A DNA stretch of 63,975 nucleotides, filler included, from an uncultured bacterium (GCA_964449065.1; 5 parts of 5 records of this genome joined end to end with filler, not necessarily neighbours in it); one strand, 5' to 3'; shown: positions 49,367 to 58,533, numbered from the whole stretch's first letter. Translations and numbers: made by a program. The notes: generated from the sequence alone by a model not told the origin.

Positions 49367-49639
49367 CTCATGTTACGCATACGTAATGATATGCTCGTTA
49401 TTCTAATCTACCGCTGTATCTATCGCCCTCGCCCACCGGGAGAGGGACGGGGTGAGGGCTTAGGGAGACAATACCCTTTTTGTACACTACTGAGTAGTAG
49501 GGAGCAATCGCTCTCATCGCCCTCATCTCTTATCTTCTCCCAAAGGGAGAAGACGATAGTCGTACGGAAAATTAAAGGGCTTTCAATAGAACTCAATTTC
49601 AACATGAGTTTTCTATTCCCTTTTGCGTAACGTCAGTTA
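49364..49639. mobile_element. MITE, family C, complete copy (about 276 bp)
   Basis: TIRs TAACTCATGTTACGCA / TGCGTAACGTCAGTTA; the left ~100 bp recur inverted at 51428-51539; internal REP-like CCCTC..CCC..GGGAGAGGG palindromes. Confidence 0.8.
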
Positions 49640-49667
49640 AGTAAGAATCATCGTCATTGCTTTCTTT

Positions 49668-50321
49668 TTACCCGCCCGCCACGCCGGATATTTCTCCACC
49701 CGCGCGGACAATATCCCCAAAGCTGCGCAATCCGTTAGAGGCATTGTACAACCGGTTGTTGGCATGCATCCCTGGGGTGACGATGGGATTGCCGGGTGTC
49801 ACTTCGCCGCCCAGCAGTTTCATTTCCAGCGCCCAATGCACCCCGCCGTTGTTGGTTAAATCCGGCCCGGTGGATTTCATGCCGTAGCCTTTCGGGCAGT
49901 TGGAGATCGGGACCCCATAGCGTCCGGCGCATTGGTTGCCGTCTTTGCCCCAGCGTCCTCGGTAATGCACATACACATAGCTCTCAAACAGGCCCCCTTG
50001 CGAGAACTCTTGCAACTGCTCCATCTTTCCGCGGGGAGCAAAGGGATCGTCAAAATCGACGGTTGCCATATAGGCAACGGGGGTAGTAAGTTCCTGCACG
50101 ACGGTAATGACATTCCCGCCGCGGTGGGGCCAGGGGTATTCGTTGTGATCGAGTTGATACATATCGAGCGCCGTGCCGATGGCGCGGAGTTCACTTTGCG
50201 CACGGGCCACCTTCGCGCGGGTTTGCGCGTTTAAAAAATTGGGGACCGCAATCGCAGCCAGAATGCCGATAATGGCCACGACGATGAGGAGTTCGATGAG
50301 GGTAAAGGCTTTTCTATCCAT
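49668..50321 (-). CDS. Prepilin-type pseudopilin-like protein, paralog 3
   Basis: RKA|FTLIELLIVVAIIGILAAIAVPNFLNAQ; LTTPVAY; YNASNGLRSFGDI. Confidence 0.9.
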   Translation of the reverse strand: MDRKAFTLIELLIVVAIIGILAAIAVPNFLNAQTRAKVARAQSELRAIGTALDMYQLDHNEYPWPHRGGNVITVVQELTTPVAYMATVDFDDPFAPRGKMEQLQEFSQGGLFESYVYVHYRGRWGKDGNQCAGRYGVPISNCPKGYGMKSTGPDLTNNGGVHWALEMKLLGGEVTPGNPIVTPGMHANNRLYNASNGLRSFGDIVRAGGEISGVAGG

Positions 50322-50574
50322 AGTAATTTTATCTTATCATAAATACGAAACGGTTTTAATTATTTTTTGTAATAGGTCAGCCGTTTGAAGAAAAATATCG
50401 CCTCCCAAGCCTGGAGGGGGGGGGTAGGGGAGGGTTGATCCGATTTTTTGAGAAAATGCCATACCCCTCTCTCCTAGCCTCTCCCATTGCATTAGGGAAG
50501 GAAAAAAGTAAATCAAACCCATTTTTTCCCTTTATACCGCTGACCAGTTACCATTTTTCAAAACACCAAAATCA

Positions 50575-51174
50575 TTATTGCAGCATAATCCCCGCGACTT
50601 CTCCTCCATAGCGAACAATATCACCATTGCTTCTCAATCCGTTTGAAGGATGGTATAGCCTGTCCGACGGATTTTTGGCTCCCACACCAAAACGCAGTTC
50701 CAATGGAGGGTGAGACCCGCCGGAATGAACATGATCCGGGCCTTGTGAATTCATTGCAACACCCGCAGGAAACCGGTCCACCAAATCTCCATATCTTCCG
50801 CGTTCTCCATTTGACCACCGTCCCCGGTAATTCACCCATACATAGCTTGTGACGTTCATGCCGAAATTTTCTTTCATGGATTCGGGATTAAAGGGATCAA
50901 TTAGATCAACGCTGTTGATATAAGATACTGGGGTAGAAAGTTCGTAAACATTGGTGATCATATTTCCGGAATGCGCCGGAAAGGGAAAGGCGTTGTGATC
51001 GAGATTATACATTTCCGAGGCTTGCTGCACGGAACGCAGGTCAGATTGCACCCGCGCGATTTTCGCGCGGGTTTGCGCGTTTAAAAAATTGGGCACCGCA
51101 ATCGCGGCGAGGATGCCGATGATGGCAACCACGATGAGGAGTTCGATGAGGGTAAAGGCTTTTTCTTTCATCAT
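50575..51174 (-). CDS. Prepilin-type pseudopilin-like protein, paralog 4
   Basis: EKA|FTLIELLIVVAIIGILAAIAVPNFLNAQ; LSTPVSY; YHPSNGLRSNGDI. Confidence 0.9.
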   Translation of the reverse strand: MMKEKAFTLIELLIVVAIIGILAAIAVPNFLNAQTRAKIARVQSDLRSVQQASEMYNLDHNAFPFPAHSGNMITNVYELSTPVSYINSVDLIDPFNPESMKENFGMNVTSYVWVNYRGRWSNGERGRYGDLVDRFPAGVAMNSQGPDHVHSGGSHPPLELRFGVGAKNPSDRLYHPSNGLRSNGDIVRYGGEVAGIMLQ

Positions 51175-51427
51175 ACACTTTAAATAACACAGTTTAGTAG
51201 AAAAGAAAAGAAAAAAATGCCTCGTCAAAATAATTTGTGGGTGAATTTTTACAGAATCATATCATAAATGCTTTATTATGAGTATGTTATATTGATTAAA
51301 AATCGTGAATCTTTTGATACTCATTTTNNNNNNNNNNNNNNNNNNNNNNNNNNNNNNNNNNNNNNNNNNNNTTAATTAATTAANNNNNNNNNNNNNNNNN
51401 NNNNNNNNNNNNNNNNNNNNNNNNNNN

Positions 51428-51539
51428 TTATTCCTCCCGAACCCTCACCCCGTCCCTCTCCCGGTGGGCGAGGGCGATAGATTCAGCGATCAATTAGAAA
51501 AACGGGTATATCATAATATGTAGTGCGTAACATGAGTTA
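51428..51539. mobile_element. MITE family C, partial copy at a contig start
   Basis: Reverse complement of 49364-49467; ends TGCGTAACATGAGTTA. Confidence 0.75.
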
Positions 51540-51569
51540 GTAAATATCATTTATTTATTGGAGATACAA

Positions 51570-51797
51570 ATGCCGCAAACAACATCCCGGTTTCAAGAAT
51601 TGATTGATTCCATAGAAACGATGGCGGATGAAGACCAGGCCATGCTGGTGAACATCATTCAAAAACGTCTGCAAGAAAAACGCCGCCAAGCATTGATAGA
51701 AGAAATCCGCGATGCAGAAGACGAATACCGCCATGGCAGGACATCCACAGGCAGCGTGGCGGACTTCATGAAAGATGTGGAGTCATGCGAAGATTAA
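51570..51797 (+). CDS. Putative antitoxin
   Basis: Small protein (FQELIDSIE...RRQALIEEIRDA..EY..G...GSVADFM) overlapping a RelE-family toxin. Confidence 0.78.
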   Translation: MPQTTSRFQELIDSIETMADEDQAMLVNIIQKRLQEKRRQALIEEIRDAEDEYRHGRTSTGSVADFMKDVESCED

Positions 51798-52069
51798 TTT
51801 GGCAAAAACAAGTTGTCAAACAAGTCAAAAAACTTATTCGCCAAAAACCGTTTCTAAAACCAAAAATTGAAAACACACTTTCACAACTGGTAGACTCTCC
51901 TTTTGCCCCTTCACTAAACACGCACAAATTAAAAGGGGGATTGAAAGCCTGCTGGTCATGCACAGTTGATTTTGAAACCCGAATCGTTTTTCGGTTTGTC
52001 CCATCAGAAGAATCGGATGAAGACGATATCTTACTGTTGGCTATCAGAGACCATGATACGATATACTAA
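51785..52069 (+). CDS. RelE/YafQ-family mRNA interferase toxin
   Basis: PFAPSLNTHKLKGGLK.CWSC.V....RIVF......ILLLAI.DHD.IY. Confidence 0.85.
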   Translation: MRRLIWQKQVVKQVKKLIRQKPFLKPKIENTLSQLVDSPFAPSLNTHKLKGGLKACWSCTVDFETRIVFRFVPSEESDEDDILLLAIRDHDTIY

Positions 52070-52350
52070 TACACTGACAGGCAAAACGTGTTGGGTAAGG
52101 TGAAAACTCTGTGGCTCGGCGGGCGTCTCGCCCTCCCAAGCGCTCGTGCTTGATTAAGGATTGAATGTATTCATTTGCTTTTTTTAAACCGCGAATAAAC
52201 GCGAATGAACGCGAATAAAGGCACGGTTTATTTTCTCTCTAAGCGTAGGGATAGTTTGGCTCGCAATTTTACGCGAATCCGTGCTTCCGGCTCGGCGGGA
52301 GCCTCGCCCTCCCAATTCAACCCGACATTAAGACTCTGTCAGACGACTAG
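52066..52350. mobile_element. MITE-like element, family B, complete copy
   Basis: CTAATACACTGACAG ... CTGTCAGACGACTAG imperfect TIRs with YTAR ends; carries two REP 25-mers and a CGCGAAT decamer array. Confidence 0.65.
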
Positions 52351-52609
52351 TAGTTCATCAAGGCTTACATGATGGGTGATAACTTAGCCATCTATATGAA
52401 ATGAATGGGATCAGTCATTCACAAGCGTTAGCGCAGTGCCACAACCCCCTTGCATAAGGGGGTGGAGCCGTAGGCTCCGGGGGATTTTGCGTAGTTGGAA
52501 GCGTGTTTCGATCCCCCCTAGCCCCCCTTAACAAGGGGAGAAAACAAACGATGTTCCAGGTTCTTCAAACGGATAGCCAGCCGCCATTTTTTGATTGACA
52601 GTCTACTGT
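52347..52609. mobile_element. MITE-like element, family A, copy 2
   Basis: Matches 6137-6376; shares the CTAG at 52347-52350 with the family B element. Confidence 0.75.
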
Positions 52610-52709
52610 TACTTAGAGTTTTAAAAGTGAATTGTGATTGATCTTAGGCAAAGAGAATTCGAAAGATGCGGCAAGGGGAAAAACGATATCTCCATGCCAC
52701 TCCTTTTCT

Positions 52710-53759
52710 CTAAATCCACCCCTGCAATTCTCTCCGAATGAGGCCGCTGAGAAAATCGATATGCGGGTCGGTATCGTTCAAACAGGGGATGTAGTGAAAC
52801 TCCCCGCCGCCGTTTGCCTCAAACAACTCCCGGCCTGCCATATTCAGTTCTTCCAGGGTTTCGATGCATTCGGCCACAAACGCGGGTGACACAACCGCGA
52901 TTCGCTTAACGCCCTCTTTCGCGAGCCGTTCGATGGTTTTGTCGGTATAAGGCTCCAGCCATTTTTCCGGCCCAAAGCGGGATTGAAAGGTGTTGATCCA
53001 ACGGTCTTCAGGCCAGTCCAGTTTTTCCCGTACAAGGCGCGAGGTCTTGCAGCAGAAGCAGTGATACGGGTCGCCCTGCATCAGATAGCGTTTGGGCAAT
53101 CCGTGAAACGAAGTGAGGATGTATTCCGGCTCATGCTCCAATCCATCCAAATTGTTTCGAATTGAATTGGCAAGGATTTCAATATACTTCGGATCATCAT
53201 GCCATCCCGGCGCGGTGCGGATGGCCGGCTGCCGGTTTAGGGTTTTGAGGTAATCGAACGCGGCATCATACGCCGTCGCGGTGGTCGTGGCGCTGTATTG
53301 CGGGTACAGCGCGAAGAATAAGATTTTGTTGCATCCTTGATTGATCAATTTCAAAATCGACTCTTTGGTCGATGGAAAACCATAGCGCATCCCCCATTCA
53401 AACACGATGTTGGGGTGATCCTTAAACTTCGCGCTGATCTTCTCGCACTGTGAGCGCGTAATGGTACGCAAAGGTGATTCGTTCCACTCTTGATCCCAAA
53501 CCTTTTTGTACGCCTCACCGGTTTTGAAGGGGCGGCGCGTAAGAATCATCCCCTGCAGGATGGGCTGCCAAAACCAGCCGGGGTAATCAATCACCCGTTT
53601 GTCGCTTAAAAACTCGCTGAGATAGCGGCGGATCGTCCAATAATCGGTCGCTTCCGGCGTCCCCAAATTCAGCAGCAGCACGCCGGTCTTCGGCGCATGA
53701 ACTTCCGGGTGGCCTTCCGGCAAATGCGTTTGCGTTGTTTCCGGTACAGCATCAGACAT
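52710..53759 (-). CDS. hemH: Ferrochelatase
   Basis: LLNLGTP, EFLSD.RV, SPL, MRYG.P, LYPQYS, SFHGLP, FQSRFG..WL.P, ETLEE, PCLND. Confidence 0.95.
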   Translation of the reverse strand: MSDAVPETTQTHLPEGHPEVHAPKTGVLLLNLGTPEATDYWTIRRYLSEFLSDKRVIDYPGWFWQPILQGMILTRRPFKTGEAYKKVWDQEWNESPLRTITRSQCEKISAKFKDHPNIVFEWGMRYGFPSTKESILKLINQGCNKILFFALYPQYSATTTATAYDAAFDYLKTLNRQPAIRTAPGWHDDPKYIEILANSIRNNLDGLEHEPEYILTSFHGLPKRYLMQGDPYHCFCCKTSRLVREKLDWPEDRWINTFQSRFGPEKWLEPYTDKTIERLAKEGVKRIAVVSPAFVAECIETLEELNMAGRELFEANGGGEFHYIPCLNDTDPHIDFLSGLIRRELQGWI

Positions 53760-54061
53760 TAATGTTCTCCCAAAATAGCCTCTTTTTCGCCTCTGGGCGG
53801 AAAGCCCGTCATCCAATACGGTTTCGTTGCCTTAATGGATTTACGTGAAATCATAGTTGGTGAATATCCACAGGCAATGTTAAAAGTACTTTTCGGTTGA
53901 AAAATCCGCGGGACATCAGTCTTCAGTATTTTAAGTTCTTACAAGTTGTATGGATGAAGCGCTGAATTCAGTAGGTAGAATGCTGGAAGTACAATCAAGA
54001 AGGACTACAGTTCGCCATCGTCTCTGGTTAACAAAACCCGCGATGGTAAAATAGACCAATC

Positions 54062-55888
54062 ATGAACATTCCTATCCTAACGTTTCTTCTTTGCATGTGG
54101 TTTGCTTTCACTTTTCTACTGTGCAATCTCACCATCTGGCTTTACGTGAGCAATCCACATTTCTATGACGGCTTCCCTGGAATGATCGTAGGTTGCTTGA
54201 TATTGTCTGGAATCATGGGTGGGCTAGTGTTATTAGCTTTGTTGAACCTAACGGCATTGATTCCCCGCATAAAAGCAGTGGTTCAATCCCGCAAGCGTTT
54301 GATAAAATCAACCGGCATTACCGTTTCCCTTATTTGGCTTTTGATCCCCGCCGCTTTGTGCATAATCAGCTCGCGGCAACAAACGATACGGCTTGCCAAT
54401 CCACCCAAACTCATCGTCATCGGTGTAGATGCCGCCATTTGGGATTTACTCAACCCTTGGATGGAACAAGGTAAGCTTCCTCATCTGCAAAGTGTCAAAG
54501 CGAAGGGCGTTTCTTCTACGTTGCGCAGCATGGACCCCATGCGCTCGCCCAGCTTATGGACCAGCATCTGCACCGGCGTTTCTCCGGAACGGCATGGGAT
54601 CAACGGATTCTTTTCTACCCGCGCCGATTTAAAAACACCCCGGATTTGGGACATAATGACCGCCAACGGCCTATCAGTCGGTTTATTCAACTGGTTGTTG
54701 ACCAATCCGCCTGAGTCCAAATTCGCGTTTTGCATACCAGCATGGCTAGCCGCCACGGCAGAAACCCACCCCATGCAGTATCACTTTTTGCAAGAACTCA
54801 ATCTGGATCAAGAATTGGGCGGCGGGCGCTTGGATGTCAGCGAAGCGTTAACCCAGGCGGCGTTGAACGGCGTGCGGGTGAAAAGCCTGGAAAACATGAC
54901 GCGCTTCTATCTGCAAGACTTTTTTGGTTTGGATGATGAAGCGCGTTTAGCCCGAAAAATGCTGGCTGAGGTCCCCATGCAAACCGATGTATTTCTTCAT
55001 CTGCTGCAGCAACACCAGCCGGATGTTGCTGCTATTACTTTTTACGGTTCGGATAAATTGGCGCACCGTTTTTGGCATTATATGCAGCCGAAAGCCTTTT
55101 CGAATCATGACTATCAGCACAAGCCGGAGTATGAAAGTGTGATCGAACACTATTACATCCAAACCGATCAAGCCATTGGCAGGATCCTCGACGCAATTAG
55201 CAATGAAACAACCGTGGTTTTGCTTTCCGATCACGGCATGAAAGCCGATCCCGCCATGCCGCGGCAGTTCTTTTTAGATCCATCCGCACTCCTCAATCTT
55301 ATGAATCTTGAGTCGTTGTTTCGCCATCAAACCATCATGCGGCGCACCGTATTGAAACCGGCGATGGATGACATACTGTTGCTGCAAGAAACCCAATCCG
55401 CGCTGCAATCCTTCCGCTTTCCGAATGGTGATACGGTATTTCGTGTGATTATTGAGGACGGTAAGATCGTATTGCGCACCAATTTTTCTCTGACTTGGAA
55501 TGATGGTTCTCCTCTTTTAACAGAAGATCACATTCAATATGCCGGACAAATCATCCCCATCGAGGAATTATTCTTCTCACGAACGTTTTCCGGAACGCAT
55601 GATCTTAATGGAGTTTTGATGATGCAGGGACCTCATATCAAACAAGAAGTAAGCATCTCGCCGCCGCACTTGCTGGATGTCGCGCCGACATTGTTGTTCA
55701 TGATGAACCAACCCATCAGCAAAACGTTAGAAGGAACGGTAATAAAGGAAGCGTTTCAACCCGGCTGGTGGACAACCCAAACCGTTCAACTTGTAGATTC
55801 CTATGAACAAATTCCCTATAAAATCTCCGCCCCAAAAACCAACCAAGCATTGCTTGAACGATTGCGCAGTATGGGGTATGTTGAATAG
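54062..55888 (+). CDS. Membrane-anchored alkaline phosphatase superfamily protein (type I phosphodiesterase / NPP-like)
   Basis: Three N-terminal TMs; IGVDAA, SP.LWTSI.TG..P.HGI, LSDHG, SGTH, DVAPT, ERLRSMGY. Confidence 0.87.
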   Translation: MNIPILTFLLCMWFAFTFLLCNLTIWLYVSNPHFYDGFPGMIVGCLILSGIMGGLVLLALLNLTALIPRIKAVVQSRKRLIKSTGITVSLIWLLIPAALCIISSRQQTIRLANPPKLIVIGVDAAIWDLLNPWMEQGKLPHLQSVKAKGVSSTLRSMDPMRSPSLWTSICTGVSPERHGINGFFSTRADLKTPRIWDIMTANGLSVGLFNWLLTNPPESKFAFCIPAWLAATAETHPMQYHFLQELNLDQELGGGRLDVSEALTQAALNGVRVKSLENMTRFYLQDFFGLDDEARLARKMLAEVPMQTDVFLHLLQQHQPDVAAITFYGSDKLAHRFWHYMQPKAFSNHDYQHKPEYESVIEHYYIQTDQAIGRILDAISNETTVVLLSDHGMKADPAMPRQFFLDPSALLNLMNLESLFRHQTIMRRTVLKPAMDDILLLQETQSALQSFRFPNGDTVFRVIIEDGKIVLRTNFSLTWNDGSPLLTEDHIQYAGQIIPIEELFFSRTFSGTHDLNGVLMMQGPHIKQEVSISPPHLLDVAPTLLFMMNQPISKTLEGTVIKEAFQPGWWTTQTVQLVDSYEQIPYKISAPKTNQALLERLRSMGYVE

Positions 55889-55908
55889 AAATATGAGAGA
55901 GTATGATC

Positions 55909-56133
55909 ATGGCTACAGAAAACGAAACCAAAACCAAGCGTGAATGGCTGCGCTGCTCGTCCGTCGTTATTTGTTTTTATGCAATTGTTTACTTTTTACT
56001 GGGCGGAAAACTGTTGGGATATTTAAATCCTTGGCTCATCGGAGCCGTGATTGTACTCGCGGTTGTTGATATTTTGGTTTTACGCAAGTATATTGACCGT
56101 TTTATGGATCAAGACGACGACCAGTTGCCATAA
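55909..56133 (+). CDS. Small two-TM membrane protein
   Basis: Two hydrophobic helices; follows the phosphodiesterase gene. Confidence 0.55.
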   Translation: MATENETKTKREWLRCSSVVICFYAIVYFLLGGKLLGYLNPWLIGAVIVLAVVDILVLRKYIDRFMDQDDDQLP

Positions 56134-56420
56134 TAATTGTGGGAGGGAGATTCTTCCGCGGCGGGGGGTACTTATTCGCGTACCCAATAGAGGAAAAGGC
56201 AGCCGCGCCCCCAAACACGAATGTAAAACCATTTCCATTTAGGATTGTTCATTAAGCGCGGCGGCAGGCCTCAACGAAGGAAAGACTCAGCGTTTTTCTT
56301 TCCCGACAATCCTAAATAACGTCGGTATAAAAAGTACTTTGATTTGTATACATTCGCGAGCATTCGTGTTTCAATTTATAGTTGTCTAGCCGGACATATT
56401 TTCTGATTAAGGGAGGAATC

Positions 56421-57425
56421 ATGCCGCATCCAATTCAAACCACAGTCGTAGGCAGTTATCCTGTGCCGCAGTGGCTTATGGGCAATCCATCGCGCTTGGC
56501 GCTGCGCGACGCCATTATGGCGGTACTGCACACGCAGGAACTTGCCGGGCTTGATGTCATCGCCGACGGTGAGTTGAACCGATTTGATCCCAATCATCCC
56601 GAAACCAATGGAATGATCGATTATTTTGTCAAGCGTATGAGCGGAGTGAAGACGGCTTACACGCTGACCGACCTCATCAAGTTTCGCGAAGATCACGGCG
56701 TGGATTACCGCAAAGAACCCGCCGCCATCATTGTCGATAAAATAGAAGAAGGCACACTCAACCTACCCGGCGATTTTGATTTCATCCGCCCGTTGACCAA
56801 ATGCAAACTGAAGTTTACCTGTACCGGCCCGCACATGCTGGCGAAAGTCGTGACCAACCAACATTATAGCGATACGGCGGCACTGGCGATGGATATTGCG
56901 GAAGTGCTACGCAAGCAATTGCAGAACATCGATGCCGAAATCATCCAACTGGACGAAGCCAACATCAGCGGCCACCCCGAAGATGCCGATTGGGCCGCCG
57001 AAGCGCTCAATCACGTATTGGACGGCATCAAAGGCGAACGCGGCCTGCATATCTGCTTCGGAAACTATGGCGGCCAAACCATCCAAAAAGGCTTTTGGAA
57101 AGACTTGGCACCGTTCCTGAACAAACTTAAAGTCAACCATTTGATTTTAGAATTCGCCCGCCGCGGTTACGCCGAACTCGATGACATGAAAGAAATCGAT
57201 CCCAAAATCGGATTGGGTATCGGCGTGGTGGATATCAAAGACAATGAGGTTGAATCCCCCGATTTGATCGCCGAACGCATCGAAAAAATCGTCTCAACCT
57301 GCGGCGAAGGACGACTGCACTACATCCACCCCGATTGCGGCTTTTGGATGTTGCAGCGCAGCGTTGCCGACCGCAAGATGGAAGCGCTCGTAAAAGGAAG
57401 GAATGTGTACCTTGGCAACCAGTAA
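56421..57425 (+). CDS. Cobalamin-independent methionine synthase II family (MetE C-terminal domain only)
   Basis: TTVVGSYP, QE.AGLDVI.DGE, IQLDE, HICFGN, PDCG zinc ligands; GGGAGG RBS. Confidence 0.88.
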   Translation: MPHPIQTTVVGSYPVPQWLMGNPSRLALRDAIMAVLHTQELAGLDVIADGELNRFDPNHPETNGMIDYFVKRMSGVKTAYTLTDLIKFREDHGVDYRKEPAAIIVDKIEEGTLNLPGDFDFIRPLTKCKLKFTCTGPHMLAKVVTNQHYSDTAALAMDIAEVLRKQLQNIDAEIIQLDEANISGHPEDADWAAEALNHVLDGIKGERGLHICFGNYGGQTIQKGFWKDLAPFLNKLKVNHLILEFARRGYAELDDMKEIDPKIGLGIGVVDIKDNEVESPDLIAERIEKIVSTCGEGRLHYIHPDCGFWMLQRSVADRKMEALVKGRNVYLGNQ

Positions 57426-58533
57426 ACCGGCCGTTCAACGGTATCCATCTGAATACAGCCGGCATGTTGATGAGCAAACCGGGGCGGTGATTCATCAGCT
57501 CACCCAAGCCGAATGCGTCAACCATCCGCCCTACTTTCTGACGTCCGCCTTTCCCCCGGATGGCAAGAGCGTGATCTTCACTTCCTACCGTTCCGGTAGC
57601 GCGCAACTGCATGAAGTGGATTTTCCCGACGGCGAAATTCGCCGGTTGACGGATGTCGAAAATTTCCATCCCTATTCCGCGATTTTGTCTCCGGATGGCA
57701 GTGAAGTGTTCTATACCCGTGGCCCGGTCATCGAAGCCATCAACCGAAATGGTTTATCCACCCGTACTCTGTATGAATTACCCGGCGCGCAGTTTGGCGA
57801 ATGTGCCCAAAGCCCAGACGGCAAGTGGCTGGTGACCGCGCTGAAAAAAGACGGCAAAAGCGGTGTCGCCGTGGCGGCAGTCGATGGCAGCGGCGGTGAA
57901 GTGATTCTTGAGTTTGAGCGTACCATCATCCATCCGCAATTTCATTCACTCGATAGCGATTGGATTGAATTTGCCGGAGACCCGGCCCCGCGCATGTTCC
58001 GCATCAAGCGCGACGGCAGCAACCTGGAATGCCTCTACGAGCATGACAACAACGAATTCGTTGTCCACGAAACCTTTTTGGGAAAAACCGGCGACTTGGC
58101 ATTTACGGTATGGCCGTTTGCGCTCAAGCGTATGGACTGGAATACGAAAAAAATTTCCACAATTGCCAATTTCAATGCCTGGCATATCACCCCCAATCAG
58201 GCGGGCACCAAAATTCTCTGTGATACCAATCATCCCGACATCGGCCTTCAGTTGGTGGATGTTGCTTCCGGTGAGAAGAAAACCATTTGCCATCCAAAAA
58301 GTTCCAACGGGGGGTCGCAATGGAAAACATCCCGCTATGCCGTTGCCGAAGACTGGGCCGCCGCGCGTGATCAGAAGGATGAATCCCTCAGCTGGATGGA
58401 GATGAAAGTCGATACCGTCTACGGCCCGCAATGGACGCACCCCCACCCCGCCTTCAGCCATGATGAGAGCATGGCCACCTACACATCCGATGCAAGCGGC
58501 TATCCCCAAGTGTATGTAGTCGAACTAAAATAA
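57403..58533 (+). CDS. Oligogalacturonate lyase / TolB-like beta-propeller protein
   Basis: DEQTGAVIHQLT....NHPPYF....F..DG, HPQF, VHETF, HPHPAFS. Start may be TTG 57412; overlaps the upstream gene. Confidence 0.8.
   Translation: MCTLATSKPAVQRYPSEYSRHVDEQTGAVIHQLTQAECVNHPPYFLTSAFPPDGKSVIFTSYRSGSAQLHEVDFPDGEIRRLTDVENFHPYSAILSPDGSEVFYTRGPVIEAINRNGLSTRTLYELPGAQFGECAQSPDGKWLVTALKKDGKSGVAVAAVDGSGGEVILEFERTIIHPQFHSLDSDWIEFAGDPAPRMFRIKRDGSNLECLYEHDNNEFVVHETFLGKTGDLAFTVWPFALKRMDWNTKKISTIANFNAWHITPNQAGTKILCDTNHPDIGLQLVDVASGEKKTICHPKSSNGGSQWKTSRYAVAEDWAAARDQKDESLSWMEMKVDTVYGPQWTHPHPAFSHDESMATYTSDASGYPQVYVVELK

Noticed and set aside
49668..51174. Diversity-generating retroelement or pilin antigenic-variation cassettes
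   Set aside because: No reverse transcriptase, no adenine-specific TR/VR pair and no silent truncated pilin copies; both genes are full-length diverged paralogs.
13039..51427. Regularly spaced (~12.7 kb) TTAATTAATTAA motifs, and any gene adjacency across them
   Set aside because: These are artificial six-frame-stop linkers between length-sorted contigs; neighbours across them are not biologically linked.
56134..56420. SAM or cobalamin riboswitch upstream of the MetE-like gene
   Set aside because: Conserved riboswitch cores are not recognisable; the inverted repeats are better explained by repeat elements.
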